Source of the DNA: Candidatus Doudnabacteria bacterium | GTDB taxonomy: Bacteria > Patescibacteriota > Doudnabacteria > UBA920 > VMFF01 | Length of the DNA stretch: 64,000 nucleotides | Assembly: GCA_028286905.1 (NCBI GenBank) | Contig: JAQBQP010000002.1 | Span: 383,430 to 447,429 of the forward strand | Direction: 5' to 3' | In this document: piece after piece, positions 60,139-64,000 of the stretch | Layout of the letters: each line of letters opens with the position of its first letter | Numbering within the stretch: position 1 is the stretch's first letter | Position numbers and translations under genes: made by a program | Notes under the pieces: generated by a model | Database searches by the model: none | What the model was told of the DNA's origin: nothing | The model's input: only the letters and a program-made list of their open reading frames with translations

Positions 60139-60230
60139 TTTCCGCTCTAGCGCAGTTTTCTGTTTCATCTATATGATTTGGATATGAATGAAAGCCCTCT
60201 CATGAGGTTCCTTGCGTTAAATTTATAAGC

Positions 60231-60686
60231 TTATGAGTACGTACTGATAAGTAATAAAAAGAATATTAGTCCATTCAATGTAATCAAGGCTGTCCTAATC
60301 CAATGAGTTTCTCTCAATCGTTTCATTAATGGACTGGTTGAACTTTGATGCTCAGCACTTATTTTTCTCTCCCAGCGTCCCCACATACTCCCTGTAAGCA
60401 CAAGGATCATATATTGAATTAATACAGCGAGCAAAAGTAATGGGAAGAGAATTTTTGCAGGATGCACCCAAAGCAGTATGGTACTACAAAGTACCAATAT
60501 TCCCGTTGGAATAAATACCAAATACGGTAGTACCCTCCAATGAACGCCCCGGACCTTATGGAATAACTCAGTATCGTCAACCACCATCCATGAGCGCAAT
60601 GTTATTAACTCCATGGACCAGATCAGGCCAATCCCGTAAAACGAGAGCGCTCCGCAAAGCAAAAATAAGATATTAGGGAAATGCAT
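60231..60686 (-). CDS. Hypothetical membrane protein (4 transmembrane helices)
   Basis: 151 aa hydrophobic ORF. Confidence 0.5.
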   Translation of the reverse strand: MHFPNILFLLCGALSFYGIGLIWSMELITLRSWMVVDDTELFHKVRGVHWRVLPYLVFIPTGILVLCSTILLWVHPAKILFPLLLLAVLIQYMILVLTGSMWGRWERKISAEHQSSTSPLMKRLRETHWIRTALITLNGLIFFLLLISTYS

Positions 60687-60715
60687 AATATTTTTTTATT
60701 ATTTCTTTAGATTTC

Positions 60716-61180
60716 TTATACTACTAGCGCAACAAGAAGCGAAAAACCTCCGACCAGTAATACCACTTCGCGTATCCAGGAGAAGATGAGCCACAATCTT
60801 GTACCCGTAATGATTTCTGTGGACGAAGGAACGAATGTTCCGGCCTTACCCCATTCAATAATCTTTGGAGCCAGGTATGCTCCGCTTAAAATTGCTGTAA
60901 CTATATAGCAGATTCCGGCAAGAAGAATGAGCATACGTCGCTCAGGATTGTTCCAATTGAGCACTAACGCCGTCACCATTACAAGAACTGTCGCAACTTG
61001 CAGGGCAATCCAGAAGTTTTTTTCCATCGTACCATTTTGATTTATCTTCCCAAACGACACAGGAGGATTCGCAAACCACGTGGGCATGACAACAATGCTT
61101 TGGTACATTCCTATACCGACAACCGTTACCAAAAGAAAGCTAGCAATAATTAGAACCAAACTTGCAGGTGTAAAATTCAT
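60716..61180 (-). CDS. Hypothetical membrane protein (DUF1772-like, 4 transmembrane helices)
   Basis: 154 aa; adjacent to and co-oriented with the 60231-60686 gene. Confidence 0.5.
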   Translation of the reverse strand: MNFTPASLVLIIASFLLVTVVGIGMYQSIVVMPTWFANPPVSFGKINQNGTMEKNFWIALQVATVLVMVTALVLNWNNPERRMLILLAGICYIVTAILSGAYLAPKIIEWGKAGTFVPSSTEIITGTRLWLIFSWIREVVLLVGGFSLLVALVV

Positions 61181-61488
61181 ATTCGTGTCATATTAAGATT
61201 AAAATTTGACACTTGTCGAGAGAAAAGCAAAAGAGCAGACTCTCTATCAAGCATCTTTCAAACACAAAAATATCTCTAGAGTATATCCAGTGTTTGAAAG
61301 AACTGCGATTCGGAGTTTTGCTCCTAGATAGAGAATCTACTCTTAAAACGTAAGTGAGTATATTCTTTTCAGAAATTTCCTAAAAGGGAATTTCCTAGAT
61401 CAGTTCTTATTTATATAATACGCTGATAATGGTAAAAACTCAAGTAACCACAATACTGTGGCTACTTATAGTACTCGTCAAATAAAAA

Positions 61489-61522
61489 GTTCTAACATTG
61501 TCCTATGTTTGCAGCCATACTC
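61489..61522 (+). repeat. Cassette-junction motif copy M8 (degenerate)
   Basis: GTTCTAACATTGTCCTATGTTTGCAGCCATACTC, followed by hairpin TACTCGCCCCTTAGGCGGTTTTTT and TGTTATGCT (61523-61553). Confidence 0.6.
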
Positions 61523-61560
61523 TACTCGCCCCTTAGGCGGTTTTTTGTTATGCTTTAAAT

Positions 61561-62124
61561 ATGTTTTACGATATAGGCATAGGAATTTTATTGTCGTTGG
61601 GTTTAGCAAATCTTTTCGATACACACTTAACTGCAAGTTGGATTATTTTAGGAGTGGTCTTCTCTCTTATTCCGGACTTGGATTATTTGTTTCATCTCCA
61701 AAAAGGAGGCTCAACAAAAAATGCTCACGAACATAGGGACTACTGGCACTACCCAGTGGTATTTATTCCATTTGGCATGTTGCTTATTGCTCTACTTGCC
61801 AATTGGCATTACGCTGTTCTTTTTCTTTTTGCCACCCTGCTTCATTTTATCCACGATAGCATCGGGATCGGATGGGGTGTACAATGGCTCTATCCTTTTA
61901 ACTCAAACCATTATTCTTTTTTCTACCACTACGAACCTAGCGACAGAAGACTAGCTCGAAAAAATCTTTACATTTGGAACCATGATGAAATAAATACGTT
62001 ATCAAAGAAACATGGAGACGACGAATGGGTAAAAAATATTTATTTTAAATTACATCCTTATGGACTAATTGAATACGCTGTTTTTATAATAGCGCTTGTG
62101 ATACTAATTTTTGTTATTGGCTAA
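61561..62124 (+). CDS. Membrane-bound metal-dependent hydrolase (YdjM/DUF457-like)
   Basis: 187 aa with several transmembrane helices and His-rich motifs (HEHRDYWHYP, HFIHDSIGIGWGVQW). Confidence 0.55.
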   Translation: MFYDIGIGILLSLGLANLFDTHLTASWIILGVVFSLIPDLDYLFHLQKGGSTKNAHEHRDYWHYPVVFIPFGMLLIALLANWHYAVLFLFATLLHFIHDSIGIGWGVQWLYPFNSNHYSFFYHYEPSDRRLARKNLYIWNHDEINTLSKKHGDDEWVKNIYFKLHPYGLIEYAVFIIALVILIFVIG

Positions 62125-62127
62125 AAT

Positions 62128-62160
62128 CGTTCCCGCTTCGTCCGATGTGGCCAGTCTAAA
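62128..62160 (+). repeat. Cassette-junction motif copy M9 (degenerate)
   Basis: CGTTCCCGCTTCGTCCGATGTGGCCAGTCTAAA. Confidence 0.55.
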
Positions 62161-62237
62161 AACGAAAGAATACCGAACCCAAACAAATTTGAAATCTTTG
62201 TCAAAGTACTTCAACAGGAAATTAACGGCCTTAACTT

Positions 62238-62834
62238 ATGCCCAGTATATATACCCAAATTGCATATTTGTCTTGGAACGCAATACTCTTGGTTTGGCTG
62301 CCCGGTTATTTTACGGGTAAACGCACCATACAAAGACCAAATCCAATTCGCCGAGCCTTTGCATTCGCATTGATAATTGCCGGATTTATGTTTTTGTTTT
62401 CCAATTCTGGACCTGGAAATTCTTTTGCAGAACGCTTTCTAGCTGTCCCCCATCTTTTTATTACTCCCTCTACGGTACCTTTCGGCATAATCGGCCTCAT
62501 CATTGACCTCACAGCCATAGTCTTTGCGATATGGGCACGTATAGCCTTAGGCAGAAATTGGTCTAATGCCATCGCACTAAAAGAAAACCATGAACTAGTA
62601 CAGACCGGACCATATGCTATAGTTAGACATCCAATTTATACTGGCTTGGTATTCGCAGCATTTGGTACCGCCTTGACCATAGGCAGACTTACTGACTACA
62701 TTGGTGTCATACTACTGTTAGTAGCAATTCTTATTCGGATTCAAGATGAAGATGCGCTTATGGCCGAACAGTTTTCAGAATCGCATCCTGCATATAGACA
62801 ACGGACTAAAAAATTGGTTCCGTTTGTTTGGTAA
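62238..62834 (+). CDS. Isoprenylcysteine carboxyl methyltransferase (ICMT/PEMT) family membrane methyltransferase
   Basis: 198 aa with the GPYAIVRHPIYTG signature and about 5 transmembrane helices. Confidence 0.8.
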   Translation: MPSIYTQIAYLSWNAILLVWLPGYFTGKRTIQRPNPIRRAFAFALIIAGFMFLFSNSGPGNSFAERFLAVPHLFITPSTVPFGIIGLIIDLTAIVFAIWARIALGRNWSNAIALKENHELVQTGPYAIVRHPIYTGLVFAAFGTALTIGRLTDYIGVILLLVAILIRIQDEDALMAEQFSESHPAYRQRTKKLVPFVW

Positions 62835-62913
62835 ACATGAATTCCAGGAACCCTGCTTGGCTTTGGAGTTGGAACCTACACGTAGGAAGAATTTTATCTG
62901 TAATAACAAAACG

Positions 62914-63219
62914 ATGAATAAATCAATTTCCAGTGGTACGGTACATACATTACCCAATGATATACGCACAGCTTTAGCTTCGGACAAGGCTGCACTAGAA
63001 GCATGGGAGGATATCAGCCCACTTGCTCGCAATGAATGGATTTGCTGGGTCACATTCGTTAAAAAAGATGCAACTAGAAAAGAGCATCTCAAAAGATTAA
63101 TAAGCGAACTCAAGGAAGGGATGCGAAGGCCTTGTTGCTGGCTAGGTTGTATCCATCGTAAAGATAAGCCTATGAGCGCTTCTGTGCAGTATGTGCTCAA
63201 CAGACAATCAAAAAATTAA
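62914..63219 (+). CDS. YdeI/OmpD-associated family protein
   Basis: MNKSISSGTVHTLPNDIRTALASDKAALEAWEDISPLARNEWICWVTFVKKDATRKEHLKRLISELKEG matches the YdeI family. The ORF-track start at 62746 overlaps the upstream gene, so the Met at 62914 is preferred. Confidence 0.65.
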   Translation: MNKSISSGTVHTLPNDIRTALASDKAALEAWEDISPLARNEWICWVTFVKKDATRKEHLKRLISELKEGMRRPCCWLGCIHRKDKPMSASVQYVLNRQSKN

Positions 63220-63234
63220 AATAATATTATACAT

Positions 63235-63396
63235 ATGATAAAAGGAAATTTTCTTGGTGCAGCAATTATTGCGATAATATACACGGTTTATATTTTAATG
63301 AATCCTAGTGTGGCGACATCAAAACCAACATTCGTTGCAATATTAGTAATTCTCAATGCCTTAACTATAGTGTTGATGTATTATGCGTTTAAATAA
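63235..63396 (+). CDS. Possible small membrane protein (53 aa)
   Basis: ATG at 63235 to TAA at 63396 with two hydrophobic helices; below the ORF-track size cutoff. Confidence 0.3.
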   Translation: MIKGNFLGAAIIAIIYTVYILMNPSVATSKPTFVAILVILNALTIVLMYYAFK

Positions 63397-63418
63397 AAGC
63401 GATTGTTAAAATATTTGT

Positions 63419-63868
63419 ATGGATATAAATACATCTTTAATTACCGCTACGAAATGTCCTGAATGTGGTGCTGTTTCTAATTTAAGCTGTTGGGAAATGC
63501 TCGGTGTAATTTGTTCTTGGGAATGGGCGGATCGTGATCTACAAAAAGAACATTTTCTTATTGTTGCGTCTTACAACCTTCAACACCCCGCCAAATTTGT
63601 CGACGAAGCGATTAAGGGTCTACAAATAGCCTTAATTGATTATTTAGATCACGGCATCTCTCCCGAAGAAATACGCCGCAGAACGTCGAGAGCGTACGAA
63701 GGAAATAAGAAAGTTTTGAAAAACGATCAGAACGTTACCTTACGATTAAGAAACTGGCCGGTGACAATAGATAATATCTACGCAAACGGAGATCTAATTG
63801 ATGCTGCCACTCGTGTAAAAAAATGGGGACAATCCATCAAAGAAGAACTTCTCAAAGATGCCCAGTAA
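63419..63868 (+). CDS. Hypothetical protein
   Basis: 149 aa soluble ORF with an N-terminal CxxC. Confidence 0.5.
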   Translation: MDINTSLITATKCPECGAVSNLSCWEMLGVICSWEWADRDLQKEHFLIVASYNLQHPAKFVDEAIKGLQIALIDYLDHGISPEEIRRRTSRAYEGNKKVLKNDQNVTLRLRNWPVTIDNIYANGDLIDAATRVKKWGQSIKEELLKDAQ

Positions 63869-63877
63869 TAATATCAA

Positions 63878-63905
63878 CCGATCGCCTCTCAGGCAATTTT
63901 TTGTT
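63878..63905 (+). promoter_or_regulatory. Weak copy of the hairpin/extended -10 module (CCGATCGCCTCTCAGGCAATTTTTTGTTATAGT)
   Basis: Same organisation as the other junction modules. Confidence 0.4.
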
Positions 63906-63953
63906 ATAGTTTAAGTACACACAACATATATAATTAGAGGTAAAGAAAACACC

Positions 63954-64000
63954 ATGAAAACAATCACACCTAATCTATGGTTTGATGGAAATGCTAAAGA
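63954..64000 (+). CDS. PhnB/VOC-like protein, N-terminal fragment (continues beyond window)
   Basis: MKTITPNLWFDGNAK... is the characteristic N-terminus of the PhnB-like (3-demethylubiquinone-9 methyltransferase-like) family. Confidence 0.45.
   Translation, partial: MKTITPNLWFDGNAK

Noticed and set aside
50981-62160. The nine regularly oriented copies of the roughly 33 bp motif considered as a CRISPR array
   Set aside because: Spacing is 0.6-3.4 kb, not 25-50 bp; the copies are separated by whole genes; there are no cas genes; and the repeats are not partially palindromic in the CRISPR manner.
50981-62160. Canonical class-1-type integron (intI, attI and attC hairpins)
   Set aside because: No tyrosine integrase of the IntI type is present in the window, and the motif together with the terminator hairpin does not form the R''-L''/L'-R' bulged attC hairpin. 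Kept only as an integron-like analogy in the findings.

Overview
The window comes from a low-GC bacterium with a small-genome, CPR/Patescibacteria-like gene complement. It has three parts.

1-27.9 kb is conserved core, almost all on the minus strand: cca, the F1Fo ATP synthase operon (atpI-like, atpBEFHAGDC), tRNA-Thr, CapA, YjjX, tRNA-Gly, a PrsA-like PPIase, FtsB, lepA, and a cell-wall cluster (murJ, ftsW, murD, an amidohydrolase, mraY, a D,D-carboxypeptidase), followed by trxA, pspC and a few hypotheticals.

A tRNA-Gln(UUG) at 27914-27988 marks a hotspot. A 38-39 bp direct repeat that begins in the tRNA 3' end occurs again at 50272-50309, so about 22 kb between the copies (28.0-50.3 kb) looks like an integrated island. 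The island carries:
- a C5-cytosine DNA methyltransferase translationally coupled to a GHKL/MORC-like ATPase with a C-terminal HEPN-like (Rx4H) tail;
- a large serine recombinase gene, divergent from a second HEPN-like gene;
- two paralogous giant RHS/YD-repeat polymorphic-toxin genes (2149 and 2422 aa), each with a different C-terminal tip and a small downstream candidate immunity gene;
- an HTH (small-terminase-like) gene with a palindromic operator.

From 50.3 kb to the window end the layout changes to one- or two-gene units separated by a repeated junction module. The module is a conserved ~33 bp motif (GTTCCAACTTCGTCCCATGTCCGCAGCCAATAC, nine copies, all in the same orientation) usually followed by a conserved terminator hairpin (ATCGCC-loop-GGCGATTTTTT) fused to an extended -10 (TGTTATACT). 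The units differ sharply in GC content (about 38% versus about 55-58%), which points to an integron-like, horizontally assembled cassette array.
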